A stretch of DNA of 64,000 nucleotides from Planctomycetota bacterium (GTDB lineage: Bacteria; Planctomycetota; PLA2; JAEUHO01). Location: positions 1 to 64,000 of the forward strand of contig CBDCWP010000012.1 of NCBI GenBank assembly GCA_965223505.1, in the 5' to 3' direction. Made by a program: the position numbers and the translations under genes. The notes under the pieces were generated by a model. The model saw nothing but the letters and a program-made list of their open reading frames with translations. It did not search any database and was not told the origin of the DNA. Every line of letters begins with the position of its first letter. Position 1 is the first letter of the stretch. Of this stretch, positions 50,446 through 59,652 are shown piece after piece.

Positions 50446-51518
50446 CACGCGGGCTTCGTGGCCGCCGCCCGATCCGACTGTCGCAGCCTCGGCAGCGGCA
50501 CCATCCGCTCCTGCTCTTCGTCCCAGAGCGCGAGACGCGCGAAGGGGATGGTCTCCCACAGGGTGTATCCGCGCACGCCCAGCCGGTCGTTCACCTTCCT
50601 GTTGGCGTCACCCAGCCGGTAGCAGGGGATCTTGGCATCGAGGTGATGCACGTGGTGGTAGCCGATGCCGAGCCACAACCACTCGCCGAGCGGACGGCTG
50701 AGGCGCAGGTACGAGCTGCCGTGCACCGCGCCTTCGAAGTAGCTCCAGCCTTCGTCACGCGACGTCTTCCAGACGGCGTCTTCGAAGTGGTGCTGCACGA
50801 AGAAGAGCCAGCCGGCGATGGACGCGGCGAAGATGCAGATGGGGAGCTGTACCTGGGCGAGCGGGCCGATGCCGCCGACGGCGAATCCGGCTGCGACGTG
50901 CATCAAGACGATGACGACGGTGGTCAGATGCACGTCGAGGGTCGACTCGCTCGGCACCTTGCGCCACGCGGCCGGGAGCCGGTGCCCGATGGAAAAGTGG
51001 ACGAACGGCAGCAGCCCGACCATGACGGGCGGCGAGCGGAAGATGCGGTACGCGATGCGCTTCGGCCTCGACCAGCTCTCGAACTCCTTGACGGTGTGGA
51101 GCTTGAGGTAGCCCTCGTCGCTGCGTTCGATGTCGCCGACGGCGGTGTGGTGGGCGATGTGGCTCTTGCGCCAGCGGTCGTAGGGCGTGAAGAGGATCAG
51201 GCCGAAGACGATGCCCCACCAGCGGTTGGCGCGCGGCGTTCGGAAGAGCGCGTGGTGCACGGTGTCGTGGAAGAGCACGAAGATGCGCGACATGATCAGG
51301 CCGCAGGCGAGACCGGTGGCGGCGGCGGCGGGAATGCTGACGGGGATCAGCTTGAAGGTCGCGATCCAGAGCGCGACGTAGAGCGCGACGCTGACGGAGG
51401 CTTCGATCCAGCTGCGGGCCGTGTCGAGCGTGCGGAACCGGCGCAGGTCCTCGAGGACCCCACGAAGCTCGGCCTTGCTCGCCGGCACGGCTGGTTCCTG
51501 TTGCGCTACGGCCTCCAT
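50445..51518 (-). CDS. Membrane fatty acid desaturase
   Basis: His boxes HDTVH, HIAHH, VQHH, HHVHH. Confidence 0.9.
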   Translation of the reverse strand: MEAVAQQEPAVPASKAELRGVLEDLRRFRTLDTARSWIEASVSVALYVALWIATFKLIPVSIPAAAATGLACGLIMSRIFVLFHDTVHHALFRTPRANRWWGIVFGLILFTPYDRWRKSHIAHHTAVGDIERSDEGYLKLHTVKEFESWSRPKRIAYRIFRSPPVMVGLLPFVHFSIGHRLPAAWRKVPSESTLDVHLTTVVIVLMHVAAGFAVGGIGPLAQVQLPICIFAASIAGWLFFVQHHFEDAVWKTSRDEGWSYFEGAVHGSSYLRLSRPLGEWLWLGIGYHHVHHLDAKIPCYRLGDANRKVNDRLGVRGYTLWETIPFARLALWDEEQERMVPLPRLRQSDRAAATKPA

Positions 51519-51611
51519 CGGTCCAGGAGCCTAGCAGTCTCGGACGGGGCTTCAATAGGCCTCGATCTGGAGCGCAAGGCGGCATCCGCGGCGTGGGGTC
51601 GCCCAAACACG

Positions 51612-51645
51612 AAGGCGGCCGGGTCCTTCCGGACCCGGCCGCCTT
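51612..51645 (-). terminator. Perfect 15-bp inverted repeat, probable terminator of the ferritin-like gene
   Basis: AAGGCGGCCGGGTCC-TTCC-GGACCCGGCCGCCTT. Confidence 0.65.
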
Positions 51646-51672
51646 GGGTGCGTCTCGTAAGAGCAATCGCTC

Positions 51673-52290
51673 CTACATGTAGTTGATGAACCACCGGCGG
51701 GGCGAGCTGTTCTCCGGCTCGGTGTCGCGGCGCCACGGCGGCACGACGCCCTCGAACATCGCGGCCACCCACGGCACATCGACCGGCGCCAGCTTGCGGC
51801 CCGGCGTCAGGTGCATGGGACGGTCACGGATGTCGGCCAGCAGATGGCCCAGGATGTCCAGGTGGAACGAATGGTCGCCCGCCAGGACCTCCATGAACTT
51901 GCGCAGGTAGCGGTCGTCCGCCTGCTCCGTCGCCCGGCGGTGGAACACGATCGCGCGCTCCGCGGCCCGGAAAGCCTCGTCGAAGGCCTGGTACAGCGCC
52001 GGGGGGTTCAGGATGGGCGGGCCCTCGGCCGCGCGCGGCCGACGACGGCGTCCCGACTGACGCACGGCGCTGCGGCCGCCGTCCCGGTCGCGCAGGTGGC
52101 GCGACAGGATGCGGGCGTGATCGCGAACCTCGGCCGCGTACTCTTCGAACAGACGGCGGATGGGACCGTACGTGAACGCACGGCCGACACGCAGGTAGCG
52201 CGCCTCGACATTCTGTTCGATCAGAATGCCCGTCTGGATGATGCGGCTCGTCCGATCCGTATGGCTCGGGGGCGTCGTCGGGGTGATCAT
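51673..52290 (-). CDS. Divergent ferritin/rubrerythrin-like protein
   Basis: Two repeats of E..A..Y...R.LF..LA.E..H-type helical hairpins, with degenerate ligands. Confidence 0.55.
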   Translation of the reverse strand: MITPTTPPSHTDRTSRIIQTGILIEQNVEARYLRVGRAFTYGPIRRLFEEYAAEVRDHARILSRHLRDRDGGRSAVRQSGRRRRPRAAEGPPILNPPALYQAFDEAFRAAERAIVFHRRATEQADDRYLRKFMEVLAGDHSFHLDILGHLLADIRDRPMHLTPGRKLAPVDVPWVAAMFEGVVPPWRRDTEPENSSPRRWFINYM

Positions 52291-52629
52291 TGCTCTTGCT
52301 CCGGGAAGCGCCGCTGTCGCCGCGCCCTGGCCCTCGTCAGGCCATCTCTTTTTGTTTCTCAAATGTGGAGCTAGTAAAAAGCCCACATTAGTTCCGCACG
52401 TTACTGGGGCCCCCCTGGGGCCTGCAAGACCCCAGTTCCAAATTTTTTTTGGGGTCCTCGGAGCGCGATTTCCGCGGGGTCCGAAGGCGTCGTCACAAGC
52501 AGTTGTTTTGCAACGGGTTACGACGGCGCGTCCGGCGAACTTGTTCCGAACGCTTGCGAAGGAAGTGTTAAGGGGGTGACCTTCTTTGTCTAAGAATCCA
52601 CGCCGAAACGAGCGTCGCAGGAGGGTTGA

Positions 52630-53553
52630 ATGACGTCCGTGCTGGCGTCCCTGCCCCGTCTCCTGGCCTGTCCGGACTCCGGCGCGCCCCTGCGTCTGGA
52701 GGGCGGCCGGCTGCGCTCCCCCGAGGGCCGCGAGTTCTCGCAAGCGGGGGGGATCCCCCGTCTGCTGCCCCGTGAGGCGGCGCCCCCGAAAGCCCGGCGC
52801 ACCGTCGCCGCTTTCGAGCGCCAGTGGCGGGCCTACGGGGCGCTCAGGCGGCTCTTCGGCAAGGACGCGGCCGCCATGGCGCGCAATCTCCACGGGCCGC
52901 GCATGGGCGCCCGTATCGACGCGGACTGGTACCGCGGCAAGCGCGTCCTGGACGCCGGCTGCGGCCACGGGCGCTACCTGCGGGCCTTCGCCGCGCTGGG
53001 CGCCGAGGTCGTCGGCATGGACATCGGCCGCGGGCCCGAGGAGGCCGGGGTGCCGCTCGACGACCCGCGCATCGGCGTGGTCCAGGGCAGCGTCCTCCAG
53101 GCGCCGTTCCGGGACGCGTCGTTCGACCTCGTCTTCAGCGACGGCGTCATCCACCACACGCCGGACGCGCAGGGCGCCTACCGCGAGCTGGCCCGGTTGG
53201 TGAAGCCCGGCGGGGCGCTCTACGTCTGGGTCTACCCGCGGGAGGGGAGGCTGCGTGAATGGGTCTTCGGCACGGCCCGCAAGCTCACCACGCGCCTACC
53301 CGGGCCGGTCGTGCGCACGCTGTCGTTTGCGCTCGCCCCGCTGACGGTCTGCGTTCGCAGCTACAGCGGCACGACGTTCGGCCGCGCCACGTGGGCGGAG
53401 TGCGCGCAAGTCGTCCACGACTGGATCGCGCCCCCGCTGCAGAGCCACCACTCGTTCGAGGAGGTGTGCAGCTGGGCCGCGCAGGCGGGGCTCGTCGATC
53501 CGGAGCGGCTGCCGATTCCGACGGGTGTGGTCGCCTGGCGGCCGTCCTCGTAG
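52630..53553 (+). CDS. Class I SAM-dependent methyltransferase with an N-terminal Trm112-like module
   Basis: LACPDSGAPL...GIPRLL; VLDAGCGHG; FDLV; KPGG. Confidence 0.88.
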   Translation: MTSVLASLPRLLACPDSGAPLRLEGGRLRSPEGREFSQAGGIPRLLPREAAPPKARRTVAAFERQWRAYGALRRLFGKDAAAMARNLHGPRMGARIDADWYRGKRVLDAGCGHGRYLRAFAALGAEVVGMDIGRGPEEAGVPLDDPRIGVVQGSVLQAPFRDASFDLVFSDGVIHHTPDAQGAYRELARLVKPGGALYVWVYPREGRLREWVFGTARKLTTRLPGPVVRTLSFALAPLTVCVRSYSGTTFGRATWAECAQVVHDWIAPPLQSHHSFEEVCSWAAQAGLVDPERLPIPTGVVAWRPSS

Positions 53554-53562
53554 ACGTCCGCG

Positions 53563-54336
53563 CTATTCCGCAACCCGCCGCAGGGGCGTAGCGGCGGCGG
53601 CGCCGGCGGACGTGGCCATGCGCTTGCTCATCACGACGTCGAGGAACGTCGGGGAACCCGGATACGAGAGCTGGCGGACGTGGCGAATCCCATAGCCGCG
53701 GCGCTCGTAGTACGGAACCAGTCCGACCTCCATCGACGTTCGCAGCAGCGTGTGTTCGTACCCGTCGGCGGTCGCGTGGTTCTCGGCGGCGGCGAGGAGG
53801 GCGGAGCCGATCCCGTTGCGGCGGTGATCCGGCCGCACCGCGAGTCCGGAGATCTCGATGTAGGAACGGTGCAGCGTCAGATCGCGAAACTCGGACCGGT
53901 CCGCCAGGCGGATGACACCGACGGCTTCCGCCCCGCAGCGCGCGAGGAGGAAGGTCTCGCCGCGGCGGATGGCCACACGCACCTCTTCGGCGCCCTCGAC
54001 GTCCGCCGGAAAAGGCGACATCGACGGGAGTGGCGTGTTCGAGCGCATCGCCTCGAGCGTGATGCCCGCGATCAAGGCCGCCTCGGACTCCGTCGCCGGC
54101 CGGATCTCGATCGGGGGATGCAGGTAGCGGCTCAGGTCGGCGCCGCGCAGATCACGTCCGCAGGCTTCCCCTTCGAGCGGGGGAATCTCGCGCACGAAGC
54201 GCAGGCCGCGCAGGTGAACCGTCCAGTCCTCGCCCGCGAGCATCGCGGCCGCAATGCGCCGCAGGCGCTTCTCCTGGCCCTGCCACCGTCCGCGGAGGGC
54301 CTCGATCTTGTCCGGGGAGGGGTGGATCACCGACAT
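53563..54336 (-). CDS. GNAT N-acetyltransferase with an N-terminal extension
   Basis: LAVRPDHRRNGIG; YYERRGY. Confidence 0.8.
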   Translation of the reverse strand: MSVIHPSPDKIEALRGRWQGQEKRLRRIAAAMLAGEDWTVHLRGLRFVREIPPLEGEACGRDLRGADLSRYLHPPIEIRPATESEAALIAGITLEAMRSNTPLPSMSPFPADVEGAEEVRVAIRRGETFLLARCGAEAVGVIRLADRSEFRDLTLHRSYIEISGLAVRPDHRRNGIGSALLAAAENHATADGYEHTLLRTSMEVGLVPYYERRGYGIRHVRQLSYPGSPTFLDVVMSKRMATSAGAAAATPLRRVAE

Positions 54337-54437
54337 TTCCGCACCTTGTATCGACCAGCCCGGCGCCGCCGCTCAAGGTCCCCATGAAGCCCCATGAATT
54401 GGGGGCCGTCGTCCTTGGTGCGCGTACGCTACGCCCC

Positions 54438-55667
54438 ATGGACGGCCGCCTGAACATGACCTTGCTCCCGCGCCTCGCGCGCAAGACCGACTCCCGCATC
54501 CTCTTCGTCGTGCTCGACGGGCTCGGCGGCGTGATCGGCAGCGAACCGACCGCGCTCGAACGGGCCGCGTGCCCGAACCTCGACGCGCTGGCCGCCGAGT
54601 CGGCGCTCGGACGCACGATTCCCGTGACCTTCGGCGTCACGCCCGGCAGCGGACCCGGCCATTTTGCCGTGTTCGGCTACGACCCGCTCGAGGTGGACGT
54701 CGGGCGCGGGCTGCTCGAAGCCCTCGGTGTCGGCGCGGACGTGCGCACCGGCGACGTGGCGATTCGCGGCAACTACTGCACGCTCGACGGCGAAGGCCTG
54801 CTGCTCGACCGTCGCGCCGGACGGATCGCGACGGAGCTGTCGCAGCCCCTCACGAAGAAGCTCGGCGAGACGATCGCGCGGATCGATGACGTCGAGGTTC
54901 ACATGCATCCGTTGCTCCAGCACCGCTTCGCCGCCGTGCTGCGCGGCCCGGGCCTTGCGGGCAACGTCGCCGACACCGATCCGCAGGAGGTGGGGGTCGC
55001 ACCCTTCGCCGCGCGCGCGCTCGACGAGCCTTCGCACAAGACGGCGGTGATCGCGAACACGTTCGTGAAGCGCGCGAACGAGGCGCTCGAAGGGCAGGAC
55101 GCGGCGAACGGCGTGCTGCTGCGCGGCTTCGGCGGGCGGCCGCAGATTCCGACCCTGCCCGAGCTCGCTCAGCTCTCGCCCTGCGCCGTCGCCGCGTACC
55201 CCGCCTACCGCGGCGTGGCGGAGCTCATCGGCATGCACGTCGTCCGGTCGGTGGCGCCGACGAGCACGATCGCGGACGAGGTCGACGTGCTCGAGTCCGT
55301 CTGGAACGACGGGCACGACTTCTTCTTCCTCCACGTAAAAGGCACGGACTCCGCGGGCGAGGACGGCGATACGGATCGCAAGGCGGCGGTCATCGAGGCC
55401 TTCGACAAGGAGCTTCCGCGCGTGCGCGCGTTGAACCCGGACGTGATCGTCATCACCGGCGATCACTCGACGCCGGGGCCGATGGCCGCGCACTCGTGGC
55501 ATCCCGTTCCCACGCTGTTGTGGGGACCCTGGTGCGAGCCGGACACGCAGACGACCTTCGACGAGCACGCGTGCCACGCCGGGCGGCTGGGCATTCAGCT
55601 GCCGTCGACGGCCATGTTGAGGCTGGCCCTTGCGAGTGCGGGTAAGCTCGCCAAGTACGGGGCCTGA
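54438..55667 (+). CDS. apgM: 2,3-bisphosphoglycerate-independent phosphoglycerate mutase (archaeal type)
   Basis: LDGLG, TPGSGPGH, GRGLLEA, DRRAGRI, HVKGTD..G.DG, TGDHSTP, HSWHPVP. Confidence 0.9.
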   Translation: MDGRLNMTLLPRLARKTDSRILFVVLDGLGGVIGSEPTALERAACPNLDALAAESALGRTIPVTFGVTPGSGPGHFAVFGYDPLEVDVGRGLLEALGVGADVRTGDVAIRGNYCTLDGEGLLLDRRAGRIATELSQPLTKKLGETIARIDDVEVHMHPLLQHRFAAVLRGPGLAGNVADTDPQEVGVAPFAARALDEPSHKTAVIANTFVKRANEALEGQDAANGVLLRGFGGRPQIPTLPELAQLSPCAVAAYPAYRGVAELIGMHVVRSVAPTSTIADEVDVLESVWNDGHDFFFLHVKGTDSAGEDGDTDRKAAVIEAFDKELPRVRALNPDVIVITGDHSTPGPMAAHSWHPVPTLLWGPWCEPDTQTTFDEHACHAGRLGIQLPSTAMLRLALASAGKLAKYGA

Positions 55668-55690
55668 GCCACGGAACGCCGGAGAGCGCT

Positions 55691-57325
55691 TTGAGCGACG
55701 AGGAACAACGCGGCGGCCACCTGGTCAACTTCGTTCTCTGCCTGATCACGTTCACCTGGATCGCGGCGTTCATGCCCGAGCCGATCGTGCTGGGCACCCT
55801 CCCCGGCGTCGTCGCGTGGCTCGTCATGGTCGAGCGCTGCCGGACGACGAAGAGCGCCGTGCTCTGGCTCTTCGTCTTCGGCGCCGTCGCGATGAGCATC
55901 GGCTACGCGTGGCTGGCCGAGACGGTCCACGAATTCGGTGGCATCGGCCCGCCGTTGAACTACGTGGCCGTCGCGGTGTTCGGCATCGCCGGCGTCGCCC
56001 ACGCGCTGCTGTTCCTGTTGCTGTATCGCTCGATGCTCGCGCGCGGCCGTCGCCCGCATCCGCTCGTCACCGTGATTCTCTTCTGCGCCTGCGAGGCGTT
56101 GCCGATCCGGCTGTTTCCTTGGATGGCCGGGAACGGCGCGATCGACGTACCGCCGCTCGCGCAGCAAGCCGAGTGGGGCGGCGTGTCCGCCGTCTCGTTC
56201 GTTCTGTTGTGCCTGGTCATGCCGGTTCACGAATGGCTGCGATGGGCATTCGGCAAGCCGGCGCGGCAGTCCGCGGCGCTGGCGACGTTCGTGATCGGTG
56301 CCGCCGCGTTCGGGTGGGGGATGTGGCGGCACGCGGACGTTCGCGACGCCGAGCAGGCGGCGACCGAGCGCATCCGCGTCGGCATCACGCAGTCCGGCTA
56401 CGGCTCGAAGGACAAGCGCGCCGAGGAGAACGGGCACGTGGACCGGCGCCAAAGCAGCGCCGCCAAGTACATCGCCTTGTCGCACCAGGCCGCGAAGGCG
56501 GGCGCCGAGCTGATCGTCTGGCCGGAGACCGCGATCACGAGATCGGTTCCCTTGACCGGAGATCCGCGCCGCACCAACGGGTTCCTCGCCGCGTCCGGGT
56601 ACGCCGACCTCAACGAGCTCGGCAAGGATCACGCATTCCTCGTCGGGCTCTACGAGCGCATCGAGCCGCCGCGGGACCGTGTCTTCGACCCGCTGAAGCC
56701 GTTCGACGAGCGCTACAACGTGGCCGCGTTGCGACAGCTCGGCGATCGCGACGCCGAGTGGTCCGCCGTCCGCAAGGTCTACTTGATCCCGTTCGGCGAG
56801 TACATGCCGTTCGGCGTGATGGAGGATCGACTGCCGCAGAAGTTCAAGATGCGTCCCGGCGCCGACGTCCAGGAGCCGCTGCGCTACAAGGATCTGCGCA
56901 TCGTGCCGTTCCTTTGCTACGAGGGCATCCTGCCCGAGCACGTCCGCAACATGACGAAGGGCGCGTACCCCGATCTGCTGGTCAGCCTCACCAACGACTC
57001 GTGGTTCGGCGATACGTGGGAGCCGCACCAACACCTGAACTTCACGCGCTTCCGCGCGATCGAACATCGCGCCCCCCTGGTGCGAGCCACCAACACCGGC
57101 ATCAGCGCGTTCGTGAGCGCAACGGGCGAGGTCGTCTCGAGGCTCCCGCTGGACTTCGACTGGAAGGGGCCGGGGGCGATCCTCGTCGAAGACGTCCCGC
57201 TCGTTGGGCGCGAGCCGACGATCTACGCACGGTTCGGCTACCACTTCCCGGTGCTGCTGTACGTGGTGGCGCTGTTGGCGTTCGTCACCGCGCGCATGCG
57301 CCCGCCCGCCGTCACCGCGAGCTAG
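55691..57325 (+). CDS. lnt: Apolipoprotein N-acyltransferase
   Basis: TM region with FPW; WPET, K..LIPFGEY.P, CYE, TNDSWFG, RATNTGISA. Confidence 0.93.
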   Translation: MSDEEQRGGHLVNFVLCLITFTWIAAFMPEPIVLGTLPGVVAWLVMVERCRTTKSAVLWLFVFGAVAMSIGYAWLAETVHEFGGIGPPLNYVAVAVFGIAGVAHALLFLLLYRSMLARGRRPHPLVTVILFCACEALPIRLFPWMAGNGAIDVPPLAQQAEWGGVSAVSFVLLCLVMPVHEWLRWAFGKPARQSAALATFVIGAAAFGWGMWRHADVRDAEQAATERIRVGITQSGYGSKDKRAEENGHVDRRQSSAAKYIALSHQAAKAGAELIVWPETAITRSVPLTGDPRRTNGFLAASGYADLNELGKDHAFLVGLYERIEPPRDRVFDPLKPFDERYNVAALRQLGDRDAEWSAVRKVYLIPFGEYMPFGVMEDRLPQKFKMRPGADVQEPLRYKDLRIVPFLCYEGILPEHVRNMTKGAYPDLLVSLTNDSWFGDTWEPHQHLNFTRFRAIEHRAPLVRATNTGISAFVSATGEVVSRLPLDFDWKGPGAILVEDVPLVGREPTIYARFGYHFPVLLYVVALLAFVTARMRPPAVTAS

Positions 57326-58209
57326 CGTCGCCAGGTGATGGTCTTCCCGTAGATCTCGAAGCCGAGGGACCGGTACAGGCGCTTCGCCGGCTCGTTGTCG
57401 TCGTACACGCCGAGGTCGATCTTCTCGTAGCCCTGCTCGGCCAGGGTGCGCAACCCCGCGACGACCAGCGCGCGGCCGAGCGCGTTGCCTCGGTGGGCGC
57501 TGTGCACGACGACGCTCTCGAGCAATCCGCCCGCCCCGTCCTGCGACGGCTGGGTCTCGCACAGTCCGCAGACGGCGCCTTCGTGCTCCGCGAGCCACAT
57601 GTGGAATCCGGGCGCGCTGCGGGAGACGTGCGGGTCCGAGGCCGACATGGCGACGTAGCCGTGGGTGCCGGCGTATCCGTCGGCGTGGAGCGCGATCCAG
57701 GCGGCGTCGTCCTCCGGACAAGGCACGTAGGGGCGGATCGAATACCCCGCCGGTGGGTCCGTCGGATCGGGCGGCGGCCCGCGCCGGCACATCTCGAGGT
57801 CGACCTTCGTCTTCAGGAATCCGCGCTTCTCGAGGAACACGCTTCCTGCGGTCCACGTCGCCGGCGCACTGCACTGCAGCGTGACGTCGTCCCCTGGATC
57901 CTGTCCCTTCACGTGCTCGAACAGCAGCGCGCCGAGGCCCCGACGCCGGCGTCGCGGATGCACGAGGATGCGGAAGTTCCGCAGCCACCGGTCGCCTTCC
58001 GGATAGCGCGTGGAGGTCAGCAGCGCGACGATGTGGCCGTCGTCTTCGATCAGCGCGAAGTCGCGGGCGCCGCGATTGAAGGACATCGCAGCGAAGTGGC
58101 GCCACGCCGCGGCGGACACGGCGACGATCGTCTCGTCGAGCGCGTGGCACGCCTGGAAGAACGCCGCGGCGGCGTCGGCGTCGTCTGCGGAGTACGGCCG
58201 GATCTGCAC
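57322..58209 (-). CDS. Tandem GNAT acetyltransferase (MshD-like architecture)
   Basis: VHPRRRRRGLG and HRGNALG acetyl-CoA motifs; N.PA..LY..LGF. Confidence 0.85.
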   Translation of the reverse strand: MQIRPYSADDADAAAAFFQACHALDETIVAVSAAAWRHFAAMSFNRGARDFALIEDDGHIVALLTSTRYPEGDRWLRNFRILVHPRRRRRGLGALLFEHVKGQDPGDDVTLQCSAPATWTAGSVFLEKRGFLKTKVDLEMCRRGPPPDPTDPPAGYSIRPYVPCPEDDAAWIALHADGYAGTHGYVAMSASDPHVSRSAPGFHMWLAEHEGAVCGLCETQPSQDGAGGLLESVVVHSAHRGNALGRALVVAGLRTLAEQGYEKIDLGVYDDNEPAKRLYRSLGFEIYGKTITWRR

Positions 58210-58228
58210 CGCGGGACGGTACCAGGGA

Positions 58229-59638
58229 TCACTTGCCGGGCTCGTCGCGGTCCCGGGGCTTCAGCTTCTCGCCGGGCGTGCCGGTGATGACGGGTCGCTT
58301 CGGCCCCTCGGTGCGTAGCGCCGCGCGCTTGAGGAACAGGATCGCGAAGCACGTGTCGACGAGCTCCTGGCCCTTGCCGGGCTTCCAGCTGCCTCGCGCC
58401 AACTGCGCGTCGACCAACAGCTGCGCGCCGTCGGCATACCAGTCGTGCTTGCCGAGGTAGCGCTTGCCGGCAAGCACACACGCGCGCTCGAGGCCGTAGA
58501 GGTAGTAATAGTGCCAGATGCCCTTCTCCCACGCCTGATCGTCGGCGCCGGGGTTCTCGTCGACCGTGTAGTGCTCGCTGAGCCATGCGATCGCGTCCCA
58601 GACGGACTGCTCGACCTCGGCGAGGCGCTTCTTGAGCGCCGTGCGCTTCGTTCTCGTCTTGGGCTTGGCGACCTTCTTCAACAGGTCGTGGACGATGACG
58701 AGCGACGAGAGCCCGCCTGCCGTCATCGAGCCCGTACAGGGCCTGAAGTCGTCGGCCTCGTGGCCATAGCCGAAACCGCGCGCGATGTCGTGTCCTTTGC
58801 GCTTGGAGCCGGCATAGCGGCCCTGCGCCTCCGGCTTCGGATCGGGCCGTCGCGGCACTTTCGGACCGGTCCGCTGCTGCGCGGCCAACAGCACGTCCGC
58901 GATGCGGAAGAGCGTCTCCTCGTCGAGCCGATACCCGCAGCGCGTCCCCGCCCAGATGGCGAGCAGCGCGTACTGCGTATTGGACATGTCGCCGTTGGCG
59001 TTGACCTCGACGTCGGCCACGCCCGGCAGCTTCACGCCGCCCGGCAGTCCGCCGCCGCCGCCGTGGGGATAGCTGAAGAGCGCCTTGCGATTCCACTTCG
59101 TCAGGATCCACTCGACGATCTCCGTCATCAGCGCGCGTGCCCAATCGGGGTACTTGCACGGATTGACCTTGGGCTTCGCGTAGCGGCTCGGCTTGCCGTC
59201 TTCCTTCGGCGGCGACGCGTAGAGCTGGTGCAGCACCATGACGACGATGGAGAGCGCGTACGACGCGGACGTCCCCAGGTGGTCCTTCGAGTCGATCAGC
59301 GTCTTGTAGTTCTCGCGCAGGTACGCGACCGCGCGCTGGATCACCGGCTGATCCGGGCCGTAGCCGCAGTGCGCGAGTGTGAGCGTCGCCAGGGCACTCG
59401 GGCCGAAGACGCGCTGCGCCATGAGCGGGTGCGCGCCGGCAACGCCGGTGGGCATGATGCTGAACGAGCCGTCCTCGACCTGCTTCGAGATCAACCACTC
59501 GGCGCCCTTGTCGATGGCCTGTTCGACGCGCTTCTGTAGCGCCGCTTCGAGCAAGGGCTTCTCGCTCTCCGCGAATGACACCGGTGCGAGCACGCACGCC
59601 AGCGCGATCCCCAACAAGACGCGTCCACCCGTTCCCAT
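58229..59638 (-). CDS. Secreted prenyltransferase/squalene-cyclase-repeat (alpha/alpha barrel) protein, paralog 2
   Basis: Signal peptide; WL..Q..DGS; DMSNTQYALL; YYYLYGLERA; DWY..GA..L...Q...G.W. Confidence 0.75.
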   Translation of the reverse strand: MGTGGRVLLGIALACVLAPVSFAESEKPLLEAALQKRVEQAIDKGAEWLISKQVEDGSFSIMPTGVAGAHPLMAQRVFGPSALATLTLAHCGYGPDQPVIQRAVAYLRENYKTLIDSKDHLGTSASYALSIVVMVLHQLYASPPKEDGKPSRYAKPKVNPCKYPDWARALMTEIVEWILTKWNRKALFSYPHGGGGGLPGGVKLPGVADVEVNANGDMSNTQYALLAIWAGTRCGYRLDEETLFRIADVLLAAQQRTGPKVPRRPDPKPEAQGRYAGSKRKGHDIARGFGYGHEADDFRPCTGSMTAGGLSSLVIVHDLLKKVAKPKTRTKRTALKKRLAEVEQSVWDAIAWLSEHYTVDENPGADDQAWEKGIWHYYYLYGLERACVLAGKRYLGKHDWYADGAQLLVDAQLARGSWKPGKGQELVDTCFAILFLKRAALRTEGPKRPVITGTPGEKLKPRDRDEPGK

Positions 59639-59652
59639 TACGGCTCCCCCCC

